Assembly (NCBI RefSeq): GCF_030028105.1
Contig: NC_092390.1
Span: 39,848,777 to 39,912,776 of the forward strand
From: Mobula birostris
Lineage: Eukaryota
Direction: 5' to 3'
Length of the DNA: 64,000 nucleotides
Made by a program: the position numbers and the translations under genes
Notes under the pieces: generated by a model
What the model was told of the DNA's origin: nothing
The model's input: the letters and a program-made list of their open reading frames with translations, nothing else
The model's database searches: none
In this document: positions 1-12,786 of the stretch, piece after piece
How the letters are laid out: every line of letters starts with the position of its first letter
Position numbering within the stretch: the first letter of the stretch is position 1

Positions 1-1873
1 ATCCTTCTCCACAAATGCTGCCTGACCTGTCCAGCATTTTGTGTTTGATATATTAAAAATATTTTTACTAAATTTTGAATACAAGGATGTACAACAGGAA
101 AATGGTATGTTAGTATACAAAGATGAAATCTTGAAAATGCTGGCAAGCCTGCATTCCAAATACCTTAGCTATTGTCCGGCACATTTATGCCCACAAATCT
201 CCGAGCAGTTTGGGTAGATTTTACGTAGGCTTTACTAGGTCACTGGATGTTAGAAATGCTTTAATCAGCAAATTTTTACAGGATACTAAAATGAATTTCA
301 CCCATCTACCAAAAGTGAATAATTACAGAGGGAAACTTTTGGCACCATTAAAGGTAACCCAGATATTTTGTGGCAAGATTGACCAACGGAATCCAAGATA
401 AAATATCATATGTTAAAATTGTTCATCTGCTGACATTTAATGTATAAGGATATCAATCTTAAACTAAGTCAGAGTTTTCTGTTCTTCCATTTAAAAAAAA
501 GTCAACTTTTATTCAAGAGATGTATGACAGCAAAAATTGAATTAAAGAAGGTAACTTGTTATCAGAGTATACAAAAAAGGCATGAGCCACATCACACAGC
601 ATAGCATCACGGACATTGGCATCAAATAAAATCTCCGAGAAATTGGTAACTTTCTGTTTCTGTGTAGGAGACAATGGGGAATATGTTATTCTTTGCTGAC
701 ACATATGTAAGCAGGGGTGTAAACTACATTTCCACTTTTTCTATAAAAATGTGCCTGCTGCAGGGGAAAAATTCCTGAATTGCATATTGTGAAAGCACTT
801 AACGAGGTCTTAAAATACCTCATGGCAGTGTGATGTTATAGTAGGAAAGTCAGTGGAATTTAAGTTTGAAGTCACAAATCTCTCATATGCAGCAGTTGTG
901 ATCTTAATGTTACTGCAAGGAAAGTGGTTAAAACCCAAAACCAGGCTATTGGTCCATAAGAGCAGAGAGAAGGTCAGTCCAGTTTGAGAGCCATCATACA
1001 GAGGTTTGACAGTGTATAATCCTGCTAGGCTCTGAGCTGAAAGAAGATTTCTAGTTAATAAGGGGAGGGAAAAAAGCCTTAAGAATGGATGCTTAAATAT
1101 TGTTAATGGAATATGAAAATCTTGATAGTGTTGTTCCATACTACAAAAGAAGAAGAAATGTTTAGCTTAACAAATGATGAAACTAGTAGGCAAGCTAAAT
1201 GCTTACTGTAGGAATTTGGAAAGTAAATGCAGGGCAATTATGCAAACTATTTAAATGTTGATAGATCCTTGCATTTTAATTAATACTGAGAGCAAATTCA
1301 CCTATTCAATTGGAAATTAGTTGGGTTTATGAAAATTAAATGACTCACTGACCAGAAATGAAACCATTTGACCTTTAGTAAATCAAAATGAACTTCCGCA
1401 GATTGGAATAAAAAATTGATATGAAAAGATTCTATTAAGATGCAAGTGCCTTTTTGAAGAACATATTATGTTGAAAGAATTTTTAATATGTTGAAGGGAA
1501 GTTGTTGATAAAATATTTACTGAAACTGTACTTTGGAACTGTTGGAGAAAAGAATGTCTTAAACAAGGAAGTAACTTAATAATTTTACAGGCTTGGAAAT
1601 GATAAAGGTGATACATAATATATTTCTGCAAAGCAAGGACTAACTTGGAACCCTACCTCCAGTCTATTTCGGAGGTTTATTTTTTTCTGTTTTTTTTTCC
1701 TCTCATACCACACGGTTGCAGCTGCTCATAGTGTGACCCCACATGGAATTTTCTAAACTGGCTCTAATTAGTTGTTTATAAATGTTAAACGATTTCCAAT
1801 AGATGCTCCTTATTGGTAAGCCAACACTGGGGAAAACAACTGAAATTGTGATAAGCAATTATATCTAAAGCAA

Positions 1874-2002
1874 ACAACAGCAATTCTGCAGATGCTGGAA
1901 ATTCAAGCAACACACATCAAAGTTGCTGGTGAACGCAGCAGGCCAGGCAGCATCTGTAGGAAGAGGTGCAGTCGACGTTTCAGGCCGAGACCCTTCGTCA
2001 GG
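1874..2002 (-). mobile_element. Short 5'-truncated Penelope-like element (PLE) 3' end with 13-bp TSD
   Basis: ATATCTAAAGCAA is duplicated at 1861-1873 and 2003-2015. The insert is the reverse complement of the PLE terminus (CTGACGAAGGGTCTCGGCCTGAAACGTCGACTG...CCAGCATCTGCAGAATTGCTGTTG) that also follows GIY-YIG coding sequence elsewhere in the window. Confidence 0.9.
1969..2002 (-). ncRNA. Minimal type I hammerhead ribozyme motif (PLE-associated); core intact, 5' strand of stem I lost
   Basis: Minus strand reads CTGACGA-A-GGGT CTCG GCCT-GAAAC-GTC-GACTG, matching the hammerhead core CUGANGA...GAAA...NUH. The element is truncated just upstream of the core. Confidence 0.6.
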
Positions 2003-2569
2003 ATATCTAAAGCAATGTGGGTGTCTTCAATATATAAGGCTGGTGGTCAGTCGTAGAGTCTTACAGACCCTCCAGCTTAACATATCTTTGTATGCTTATC
2101 AATTCTGTTCCAGTTTGGTAGCACTTTCTTCATAGCCTGCTAGCCTTGCCAATTCATTGCTCATCCAGGTGCTATTAAGTGTTTTAATAGTACCAACCTG
2201 CCTTTACTACCCATCAAAGGTAGCGCATCCCTGATTGCAAGCACCCTCTGGATGTAAAAAAAAATCCTTCCGATTCCCTCAAAATCTCCGGCTCCTCATT
2301 TTAAAGTTATTCTTTCTGGTTTTAGACAGAACAGCTGTGGAGAAAAACATTCTCAGTCTTATTTTTAGGCCACCGAGCCCTAACCTAATCAAAGAGATAA
2401 TCCATGCCAGCTAGGGCTGATTAAGTAGCACTCCAATGCAAAAACACATGAAACTGCATAATATTCTCTATCTTCCCTTTCAAATATTTCTTCAGTCACT
2501 GGTCAAGGATGCATAAAGAAACTCAGAACAAGTGTATTAAGTGTATTGATTTGGGGTGGGGGGGTGGAA

Positions 2570-2700
2570 ATAAGAGACTACAGATGCTGGAATGTGGAGC
2601 AGCAAACAGTCTGCTGGAAGAACTCAACAAAGGTTGAGCAGTATCTGTGGGAGGAATGGAATTGCCCTTTCAGGCTGAAATTCTGTTGCCTGTTTCCCAA
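2570..2700 (-). mobile_element. Decayed PLE 3' terminal fragment
   Basis: CAGATGCTGGAAT...TGCTGGAAGAACTCAACA...GCAGTATCTGTGG resembles the other PLE termini in the window. Confidence 0.6.
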
Positions 2701-4344
2701 ATTTATGCTTGTTGACCAGGTTTCCATTTCATTTTAAGGGAAGTAAGTTAGTTTCCTTCTAGTCAGGGTGAAATTGACACAATCACCTGTCAGAAAACTT
2801 CTGCCTCATGTCTCTAGGAGTCCAGTCAAACAACACTGGTTGCAATCTATTGCCATCAGCAAAACACCAAGAATAAATGGGAAAATAAGATTAAGCCCCA
2901 ATTTTCAGCGCTGAGTTGTGACACAGTTGTCAGGGAACAATTGGAAAGCATGCTACAATTAGAAGTCAGTATCCTGAACTTTAATTTTTTTTTATCTCTG
3001 CCTGATAGGCGGAGTATACTTTATATTTTCTGTGATTGTTTGATACAGATTGTTTGCATGTAATGCTTCAGAGCAAAGGTAGGATATGCCAATTGACTCA
3101 CAGCAAAGTGATGGTGTGTCTGTTAAACGCTGCTGGTTTCCTTGGCTGCATAGGTCAAAGGAATACGCACTCCGGCCCCACCAAACCCATGAGATTGCGA
3201 TGGCTCTCCCAGCCCAAACCTTGGTTTGTGTGGATGCTGTGTAATTTGCTACCCTGTTACAACTCAGTGCCAAGAAACAACAGACACCATATTGCATATG
3301 ATTAAAGGAATTATATTTATGAATCTTAACTTAACTAAAGGGCTTGTAAAGAAAAGAAAGAAAAAAAGAAAAAGGGCCCATTATAACTCCTCCCAAAGTT
3401 CATGTTCACTGATCCTCAGTCGATCTTGGCTCCTGAATCCATCGAATCATGGTCCTCCACCAGGTCAAATTGTACGACTGGTTCTCTCTAACGTCTTCTC
3501 TCTTCATCTCTGCCGAACAAAAAAACCCCAAGACTAACCTTCCTAATTGGATGACACACATTCCTCAGCATCCCTTATCTTCACTGATAACCCAAACAGG
3601 CTGAAAGCATAACAGACTACCCTTACAGAACCGCTAAAATGAAATACCTACAGCAAAGCAGTAAAAATGTGAGCCAGGGTGCTACATCTGCAAGAAGAGA
3701 GTAGCGAGATGGTTTCTAAATATAAATGTGCTGTCAATAGAGAAGAGCTGTGTGCTGGTGAATGTTGGGAGTTTGCTCAATGACGGTCATGATAGTCAAA
3801 CAATGGATGAAATCTTGCTGTAGCAGGGAACCTTGTGTTGTAAACATCAACTCACATGTAACTTGTCTCATGACTTGGAAGTACGTACTGATGGTGCTAC
3901 CATGAATCCAGTTAGGGCTATGGGAACTCTGAGACAGAAAAAATCCTGCAAACTGCTTCTGTAACAGTTGTGAATTAAGGATTCAGGGACAGAGGAAAAG
4001 TAATGATGAACTGTAGTGAAGTCAGGTGAATTAGAGAAAAATACTGGAAAAGTACAAAAAAATTGCAACTGAAAACATATAATGTAAAAATAGAAATGTT
4101 TGAGTTCCTTAAAATATAAAATTTACCAATAATTTCCACATTCAGCAATGTTGTTTCCCAGTTTTGATGATACACTTCCTAGAAGAGAAGTTGATTGGTT
4201 TCTGTGGTGAATTTAATTACCAATCAGGATGTTCTTAAGAATAAAGTGCATGTTAAGGTTGAGAAGTTCTGGAAATTCACTATCCATGTCACCCCTCTTC
4301 TTTGCTGAGGATGCCGACTGATTTAAACAGCATAGTCATAATAC

Positions 4345-4780
4345 AGGAGGAACTCAACAGGTCAGACAACATCTATGGAAGGAAATGAACAGTTGTTGTA
4401 GGCCAAGGCCATTCATCTGGTCTGGAGAGATCTGGTCTACTGTCCTTTCCTATCAGATTCCTTCTTCTTTAGCCATCGCCTCTTCTACCTATCACATCCC
4501 AGGTTCTCACTTCATCCCTTTCCCCACTCCCCCACATTTCTTCCTTCTCCCCCTCACCTGGATGCATCTATTATCTACCAATTCCTGCTAGTGCCATACC
4601 CCAACCATTTTATTCTGGCTTCTACCTTTTTTTCTTTCAGTACTACTTAAGAGTCTTGTCTCGCAATATTGACTGTTCATTTCTTTCCACAGATGCTGCC
4701 TGACTTGTTGAGTTCCTCCAGTGTTTTGTGCATGTTGCTCCAGATTTCCAGTATCTTCAGAATCTCTTCTGTCTTTATTA
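4345..4780 (+). mobile_element. Old PLE 3' region with inverted 5' segment (fold-back)
   Basis: GGAGGAACTCAACAGGTCAGACAACATCTATGGAAGGAAATGAACAG (about 4347-4393) is inverted relative to CTGTTCATTTCTTTCCACAGATGCTGCCTGACTTGTTGAGTTCCTCC (about 4673-4720). A pyrimidine-rich PLE 3' UTR lies between them. Confidence 0.7.
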
Positions 4781-5155
4781 GGCTGATTCATGCATTATTT
4801 ATGACCCGTGATAATGACCATGTATCTTATTTAGACCGATGGTAGCTCATGAACTGTTGTCAATGTTGTCTTCCCAGCAACTTTGGGGATCTAGGCTATC
4901 TGCCAATCCTATTGTCCTTCCTCACTATTCTCACCCTCCTCTTAAAAGAAACATTAAGTAAATTTTCTAATGGATTCATCCTTCTTTCTTGAGGGTCTGA
5001 GATGGCTTTCTAGAGGAATTTCACCCGAGTTAGTCTTAGCTGTAGAATTTCAACAAGAATATTAGAGAAAGTAAACCTTGCATTATATAATGCCTTCATG
5101 ACCATATGAAGACCCAAGGGAGTATTGTTGTAATGTTGGAAACTGGCAACTAACT

Positions 5156-5233
5156 AGAGCAAGAGGATAAGATATGAAATGAAGAGCAAGAGGATAAGAC
5201 GTGAAATGAAGAGCAAGAGGACAAGACGTGAAA
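5156..5233 (+). repeat. 27-bp tandem triplication at the CR1 5' junction
   Basis: The unit AGAGCAAGAGGAYAAGAYRTGAAATGA starts at 5156, 5183 and 5210. The third copy continues into normal CR1 sequence. Confidence 0.9.
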
Positions 5234-5266
5234 GAATAGGATCTATCAAGTGGTGACAGTGGGAAA

Positions 5267-6892
5267 GTGTGTATGGAACCGGAGGAAATCTCAGAGGCAC
5301 TTAATGAATACTTTACTTCAGTATTCACTATGGAAAAGGATCTTGGTGATTGTAGTGCTGACTTGCAGCAGACTGAAAAGCTTGAGCATGTAGATATTAA
5401 GAAAGAGAATGTGCTGGAGCTTTTGAAAAGCATCAAGTTGGATAAGTCACCGGGACCGGATGAGATGTACCCCAGGCAACTGTGGGAGGCAAGGAAGGAG
5501 ATTACTGAGCCTCTAGCAATGACCTTTGCGTCATCAATGGGGACAGGAGAGGTTCCGGAGGATTGTAGGGTTGCGGATGTTGTTCCCTTATTCAAAAAAG
5601 GGAGTAGAGATAGCCCAGGAAATTATAGACCAGTGAGTCTTACTTCAGTGGTTGGTAAGTTGATGGAGAAGATCCTGGGAGGCAGGATTTATGAACATTT
5701 GGAGAGGTATAATATGATTAAATATAGTCAGCATGGCTTTGTCAAGGGCAGGTTGTGCCTTACGAGCCTGACTGAGTTTTTTGAGGATGTGACTAAACAC
5801 ATTGATGAAGGAAGAGCAGTAGATATAGTGTATATGGATTGCAGCAAGTCATTTGATAAGGTACCCCATGCAAGGCTTATTGAGAAAGTAAGGAGGCATG
5901 GGATCCAAGGGAACATTGCTTTGTGGATCCAGAATTGGCTTGCCCACGGAAGGCAAAGAGTGGTTGTAGATGGGTCATATTCTGCATGGAGGTCCGTGAC
6001 CAGTGGTGTGCCTCAGGGATCTGTTCTGGGACCCCTACTCTTCGTGATTTTTATAAATGACCTGGATGAGGAAGTGGAGGGATGGGTTAGTAAGTTTTCT
6101 GATGACACAAAAGTTGGAGGTGTTGTGGATAGTGTGGAGGGCTGTCAGAGGTTACAGCGGGACATTGATAGGATGCAAAACTGGGCTGAGAAGTGGCAGA
6201 TGGAGTTCAACCCAGATAAATGTGAAGTGGTTCATTTTGGTAGGTCAACTATGATGGCAGAATATAGTATTAATGGTAAGACTCTTGGCAGTGTGGAGGA
6301 TCAGAGGGATCTTGGGGTCCGAGTCCAAAGGACACTCAAAGAAGCTGCGCAGGTTGACTCTGTGGTTAAGAAGGCATACAGTGTATTGACCTTCATCAAT
6401 CGTGGAATTGAATCTAGGAGCCGAGAGGTAATGTTGCAGTTATATAGGACCCTAGTCAGACCCCACTTGGAGTACTGTGCTCAGTTCTGGTCGCCTCACT
6501 ACAGGAAGAATGTGGAAGCCATAGAAAGGTGCAGAGGAGATTTTCAAGGATTGGATTGGGGAGCATGCCTTATGAAAACAAGTTGAGTGAACTTGGAGCG
6601 ACGGAGGATAAGAGGTGACCTGATAGAGGTGTATAAGATGATGAGAGGCATTGATCATGTGGATAGTCAGAGACTTTTACCCAGGGCTAAAATGGTTGCC
6701 ACAAGAGGACAGAGGTTTAAGTTGCTGGGGAGTAGGTATAGAGGAGATGTCAGGGGTAGGTTTTTTATGCAGAGAGTGGTGAGTGCGTGGAATGGGCTGC
6801 CAGCAATGGTGGTGGAGGCGGATACGATAGGGTCTTTTGAGAGACTTTTGGATAGGTACATGGAACTTAGAAAAATAGAGGGCTATGGGTAA
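5267..6892 (+). pseudogene. CR1 ORF2 reverse transcriptase, disrupted (439 aa plus 101 aa segments)
   Basis: RT motifs are present in order. The catalytic motif reads FSDD instead of the usual FADD. Deletions and a frame break near 6530-6600 separate the C-terminal segment. The endonuclease domain is absent. Confidence 0.9.
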
Positions 6893-7174
6893 GCCTAGTA
6901 ATTTCTAAGGTAGGGACGTGTTCGGCACAACTTTGTGGGCCGAAGAGCCTGTATTGTGCTGTAGGTTTTCTATGTTTCTAATTTTCCACTGCAATTTCCC
7001 ACAAACAATAATATGAATATGGTCAGCTTATTGCCCAGAAATTGGATGACAAAGCACTATTGAATTTCAATGCTTTAGGGTATAAATTATTTTTAAAAAC
7101 ATAGACATATTGACCTATAGCAAACTGACCTAGGCTAGGCAATTCACTACACCAATCTTAGTTAATTCAAAGCT

Positions 7175-7266
7175 TGAGCAACACACACAAAATGTAGGAG
7201 GAACTTTTGTATTTTGAATGTGTTGCTCAAGATTTCCAGCATCTACAGAATATCTTGTGTTTATAG
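7175..7266 (+). mobile_element. 92-bp fold-back PLE terminus with 9-bp TSD
   Basis: TTCAAAGCT occurs at 7166-7174 and 7267-7275. TGAGCAACACACACAAAATG is inverted relative to TTTTGAATGTGTTGCTCA, followed by the PLE tail. Confidence 0.75.
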
Positions 7267-7839
7267 TTCAAAGCTCGCACTTTATCATCTATATACAAAT
7301 GTCAGCATAAAATATATTGACCCCAGACCAATAATTTAAGTCATGAATGCTATTGTTTGCTTTGTACCAATACTCATTAAGACCACCACTCCAATTTATA
7401 ATTCTGAAATAGGGGAACTCCCATTGGTCAAACAATTAATCCACTTTTTCTCTGCTCCTGGCAAGGGGGACTTCTGCGATTGTTAGTCTCCAGAGTTGTC
7501 ATTGCTTTGTATCCAAAGCCCCTCATTCAGGTCAAACTATTTTTTAATACTTTGTTGGCTCTGGCCTACCTAGCTAACATATATCGCCTTTTCATTCCAA
7601 GGCTGCATCATTTGATTGCCCTTTTCACACCTCTTTCTATGTCCAACCTGCATCAGACCAGTTTAGTCTGATCAGCAAGTTGCTAGCCTTCAGGTCACAG
7701 ACACAGATTACCTTATTCATAAGCCTGCATATTCTGTCTTACCAAAGAATATCTCACAAACAACTTCTTATTCAAAAATGATCTTTATTTCAGCAGATTA
7801 TCAGTAGGAACCTCATTGTATCCATTTTTAATTGCTTTG

Positions 7840-8288
7840 ATCTAGTTACCTGTTGTGCAGTCGAACATGTCTCTCTCTCCGATGTAGCCAGCCATTTCAG
7901 ATTTATATTTTATTTATTATTATTATCACCTAGTACTCACTGTTTATGAACTTGTGAATTTCGTCCATTTTCTGCCTTTTTTTAACTTGACAATCTTTCT
8001 CCCCTTGCAAAGAGGAAAAAATGTGCTGTGCTTCAACAGGTTTATTTTAAAACTTACTTGTCGTGACTGTTATGTTTTGTAACTCTAGAAAATAATCAAA
8101 AGAATGTGTGCGCTTCTTTTTCTCTTCAGTGAGGTGTGCACATATGACATGGTGGCATGATGACGTAGGCCATTCACTTACTTTTACATATAACCCATAA
8201 TGCACTATGTAAACAAACAAAGAATACTTAACAGTACAATATATTTACAATATTTCTCAAATATTACTGAAATATTATGTACACAACA
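7840..8288 (-). mobile_element. Gypsy-type LTR (8068-8288) with leader and gag start, truncated
   Basis: Minus strand has a TGTTG...CATAACA LTR homologous to 12787-13038. It is followed by the same leader and ATGGCTGGCTACATCGG (MAGYIG, ATG at 7895-7893) as the copy at 12.8 kb. Confidence 0.8.
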
Positions 8289-9286
8289 GATACCCCCTTG
8301 GGATGTACTCACTGAATAGAATTACCTGATGGCAATTCTCCTGAGATAACCCATCTCCAGCAAGGAGATAATAATTGAGGAAACAATAGGTTCTCCCCCC
8401 CCCCCCCTTACATCACCTATATTGATATTCAGCTGGTCACTGGGTGATTCCTACTCTGCACTTCATTTTGCTCTGCTTCTGAAACCAATACCAACCAGCC
8501 ACACCCAAGTCTGCTGCAAGGTGCAAGGTTGCACAGAACAGACCAGCTGCTCCTGGAGTACAAGAGTGTTCTTCAGGAGCCTTTCCAGCCTAATTAAGCC
8601 ATGGAACAGAATAACTTTCTTAATTTGAAAATGATTTTCTGCCTTAAAGTACCTAAATTAATGAAATGTATAATAGAGGTAGCTTCATCAGCAACATCGT
8701 GATGATTTCTCAGGAACCCAGAAGAGTCATTCAATAGAATTAAGTGGCTTCATTATTACAGAAAAGTTGAGTGATTAAAAACTCCATTACTGATCTGGGA
8801 GTATTTTCCTCACCATTACCTAACTTCGTAAGTCTCAAACCCAGAACAATTTGAGCCAATGATCCTTTCTGCTACATCACCATATGCACTGGATAACCTA
8901 CTATGGTGATGTCCTAAGTTGAGATGAACCTGTTATCAATGGGACCAGCAAGGTTAAGGTATGGAACTTTATGCTAAGCCTTGATCTTGTCAAATCAATA
9001 TTGCCACATTAAACATTAAGATACAATCATTAATTTGTATAGAGAAATAATGGCCAGAAATGTTACAAGAATAAAGAATAATGATATTTCCAAATCTTTC
9101 AATCTTCACTGATGTCATGCCTTCAACCTTCCAAATGCAAGACAGTGAGTAGAATTGGACTGTGTTGGAACTATCATATGTTAAAAGTCTAGAAGTGGAA
9201 CAAATGAAGATACAGTACTGGCCCATTCCACTGAAACATTTTAGCTGTAGCCAAAGATCCAGCTAGGGTGTTCTTGCCTTCAATTC

Positions 9287-10530
9287 AGTGTAGAGAGGCT
9301 GGTCCTGGCTCATCTCCTACCCCGGTCAGATCAGCCCTCGATCCCCTGCAGTTTGCCAGGAGCACATTGGAGTCGATGATACTGTCCTCGACCTGCAGAA
9401 CAAAGCCTACTCTCATTGGGATAAGCAGGGCAGCACTGTGAGGATCATGTTTTTTGATTTCTCAAGTGCCTTCATTACCAAACAGCTCATTGCTGGGGAA
9501 AAGGCTCTGTTCAATGCAGCTTGGCACTTCCTTTGTATCCTGGATAATGGATTACCTGACTGGCAGACCACAGTTTGTGCTGCTTCAGAGCTGTGTGTCA
9601 GACATGGCTATAAGCAGCACTGGGGTCCCACAGGGGACTGTACTGGCTGCGTTCCTTTTTACCCTGAATACCTTAGACTTTAGATACATCACTGATTCAT
9701 GTCATCTGGAGAAATTCTCTGATGTCTCAGCAAAAGTTGAGTGTATAAAGAGAAGATGGGAGGATGAATAGAGGGCCCTGGTAGAGGACTTGGTCAAATG
9801 GTGCAAGCTGAATCATCTGCAGCTGAGCACAAGTAAGCCAAAGGAGATGGTAATGGACTTTAGAAAGACTAAGCCTGCACTACTACTTGTTTCTATTGAT
9901 GGTGAGAATGTGGATGTAGCGAGGACCTACAAGTTACTGGGGGTGCACCTTGATGAAAGACTTGAGTGGAGCACCAACACAGAAGCTGTGTACAAAAAGG
10001 GCCGGAGTCACCTCTACTTCCTGAGGAGACTGAGGTGCTTTGGAGTACGTAGGCCGCTCCTTCACATGTTCTACCAGCCTGTTCTCGCCAGTACAATCTT
10101 CTATGTGGTGATGCCAACAGGCTCAATAAACTGATTAGAAAGACTGGCTGTGTTATAGGATTCAAACTGGACAAACTGGAGGCTGTGGTAGAACAAAGGA
10201 CCCCACGGAAAATCCTGGCAATTCTGGACAACATTTCTCACTTTCTGCATGCCACAGGGGAGTACTTTTAGTTATAGACTGAGATCACTGTTTTGCTCCA
10301 AACAGCACTATATGAGGTCATTCTTACCCTCAGCCATTAGGCTCTGTAATGAGTCAACCTATAGCCGGGGAAGTGATGACCGCACCCCCCCCCTCCCGTT
10401 AGACTGTTTGAGGTAATTTATTTTTCATTATTTCTACTTCTCTTCTAATATTTATCCTTTGCGCGTATTATGCTACTGTGACACTGTAATTTCTTTTGGG
10501 ATCAATAAAGTATCCGTCTTTCTATCTATT
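9287..10530 (+). mobile_element. Rex1/Babar-type LINE, decayed RT region plus 3' end
   Basis: Motifs DPLQFA, RIMFFDFSSAF, GVPQGTVLAAFLFTL, KFSD, KEMVMDFRK, YKLLGVHLD and LYFLRRLRCFGV. Ends in GGGATCAATAAAGTATC. Confidence 0.9.
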
Positions 10531-10899
10531 TTTAAAGTGAACTTCAATGTCAAATCTCAAGATATGTGCTTTGGTATAATGACAGTGTGTACATTATCCT
10601 GCCTTTCCAGTTGCTTTGACTCTGTGGGTGACTTTTTGGTTGCCTTCATGCCTCGATCTCTATGCCATTGTTGCCTAATCTGACTTCTAAACAAAACTGG
10701 TTTGAAGTTTCTGGTCCCAGCGAAGGCTCTGCTTCCCCCTGGTGGTGTGAAGAATTCTACCTCTGAAGGAATAAAGGCTACTGACACAAAAGGAGTCAGT
10801 GAGTAATCGATTGCAGTCAAGCTGGTGGAAGGCAGCTCCTTTTCAGTCAAACTACAGCTCAGGAACTGAATGGGCTGGCTGGTAGGCAGAGGGTCAGAG

Positions 10900-11680
10900 A
10901 GTTTGAAATAGACTGTCTGGTTGAATGGTGTCGCAACAACAAGTCTCAGCAAAACCAAGGAATTGATTATGGACTTCGGCAGTGAGAACACACAGTAGTC
11001 TCCTTACAGTGTCAGCTGTGGAAAGGCTGAGCAGCTTTAATTCCTGAGCGTCTACTCCTCCGAGGATCTGTCATGGGCCTAATACATTGATGCAATCATG
11101 AAAAAGGCATACCGGTTGCTCAACTTCAGTAGGAGTTTGAAGAAATTTGGAATGTCACCAAAGGCTCCAGCAAATTTCTATAGATGTACAGTAGAGAACA
11201 TTCTTACGGGTTGAACCATAGCCTGATATGGAGGCTCCAAAGCACAGGATTGCAAGAGACTTCAGAGATTTGTAGATTCGGATCTCAGCCAGCTCCCATC
11301 ATGTGCAAAACCCTTCCCATCACTGAGGACTTCTTAAAGAGGTGGAGCCTCAGGAAAGCGGTAGCCATCATTGAGGACCCTCACTATCCGGTACATGCCC
11401 TTGTCTTGTTATTACCATCAAGGAGGAGACACAGGAGCCTGAAGATCCACATACAATGATTCAGAAACAGCTTCTTCCCCCCCCCCATCAGATTTAGAAA
11501 TGGTCTATGAACCCATGAACGCTGCCTCATTATTCCTTTTAGTCTGTACGGATTATTTATGTGGTAATATATAGTAATTTTTTGCCTTTGCATTGTACTA
11601 CTGCTGTAGAACAACAAACTTCATCTTATATAGGACAGTGATAATAAACCCAATTTTTGTTTTGAAATTTGATTCTGAGT
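10900..11680 (+). mobile_element. Rex1/Babar-type LINE 3' fragment
   Basis: Motifs KTKELIMDF, NFYRCTVENIL and EDPHYPVHAL..LLPSRRRHRSLK. The 3' UTR ends in GATAATAAACC...TTCTGAGTCTG. Confidence 0.85.
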
Positions 11681-12233
11681 CTGGAGGAAATGACTGTGGG
11701 TGTCACCAGGAGCTGAGATGCCAATGTCCTGAGGGTAGAGTGCATTTAAAAGCTTTGCAGTGTAAGGTGAATTCTACCAGGGACCGCACAGGCAATGCAC
11801 CGTCCTCGACCCAGGTTGCTGAACTTCTATCAAAGCTTCTGAACCAACACAGAGGATCTGCTCCAGCTTGGCCACTGTCTTCATACTGATGACAACAGAG
11901 TGCCTCTAGTTCTCAGAATCTTCTCTTGGGTGATAGCTAGCTGAGCTCTGATTGAAGCAGCCTATGATCTTGCTGAGGCAGGAAGAATTTGGATGACTGA
12001 TGCCTTTGTCTCAACAAAAGCAAAGCCTTGCTCCGCCTGTGGAAATGTTAATGCTCCTGGCATTGAGTTTTATACTGCTTCCAAACTGTATGAAGTTCTT
12101 CAGAAGCTCTGAGGAGCTCTTTGAAGTTTCTTTGCATTCAGGAAATGCACCAAGCAGTTATAGAAACACACGTAATAGTCTTGTCATGCACTCTCCCCTG
12201 CTGTAGCTCTTATATAGATGATGTTGCCATAGA

Positions 12234-12510
12234 TGGCTGCACAGTAGTGTAGCGGTTAGTACAATTCTTTACAGTACAGATGACCCGGGTTCAATTCCCA
12301 CCACTGCTTGTAAGGAGTTTTTACGTTTTCCCCATGACCATATGGGTTTCCTCCAGTAGTCTGGTATCCTCCCATAGTCCAAAGACGTACCTGTTGGTAG
12401 GATAATTGCTCATTGTAAATTGTCCGGTGATTAGGTTAGGGATTGCTGGACGATGCAGCTCAAAGGGCCAGTAGGACCTATTTGCACTGTATCTCAATAA
12501 GTAAGTAAAT
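12234..12510 (+). mobile_element. tRNA-derived SINE (HE1/V-SINE-like)
   Basis: A-box-like TAGTGTAGCGG, B-box GGTTCAATTCC (12288-12298), body GGGTTTCCTCC...CCTCCCATAGTCCAAAGACGTAC and tail AATAAGTAAGTAAAT. Confidence 0.8.
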
Positions 12511-12786
12511 TTCTTGAGAGTGCAATGATAGAAACAGTAAAAGGGGCAATGGTAATGCTGAGGAGGTGAGCCCAACACAAACGCAAGTGCACATAAACAA
12601 CACAGACATTGAAACAAAGGAAAGATGTATAAATAAAGGTTCTATAGATAATTGTATTCCTCCACTGTCCTAACATGGCTTCTGAAACTCTAGGAGCCTC
12701 AAGGAGAGGACACTGTCCTCCAGCTTTGCAAGTCTTTAGGATTGTAAGGATTTCCCTTCATCTTACTGGGCCGAGTACTGAATTAC

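Larger units (their letters stand above)
5156..6980 (+). mobile_element. 5'-truncated CR1 LINE (reverse transcriptase region plus 3' UTR)
   Basis: ORFs 5267-6586 and 6587-6892 carry CR1 ORF2 motifs (KSPGPDEMYP, NYRPVSLTS, QHGFVKGR, GVPQGSVLGPLLF, KFSDD, LVRPHLEYC). The element ends in a TTTTCTATGTTTCTA tail at about 6965-6980. Confidence 0.97.

Noticed and set aside
810-1139. Loose resemblance of the ORF (QDF...LLLW...HEVF) to my recollection of CatSper auxiliary subunit epsilon
   Set aside because: Only a few scattered residues match, the spacing is inconsistent, the recollection cannot be verified and no other supporting exons were found. No gene symbol assigned.
5083-6861. Minus-strand ORFs 5083-5595, 5728-5916, 6452-6658 and 6667-6861
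   Set aside because: Antisense shadows of CR1 ORF2, with no independent coding evidence.
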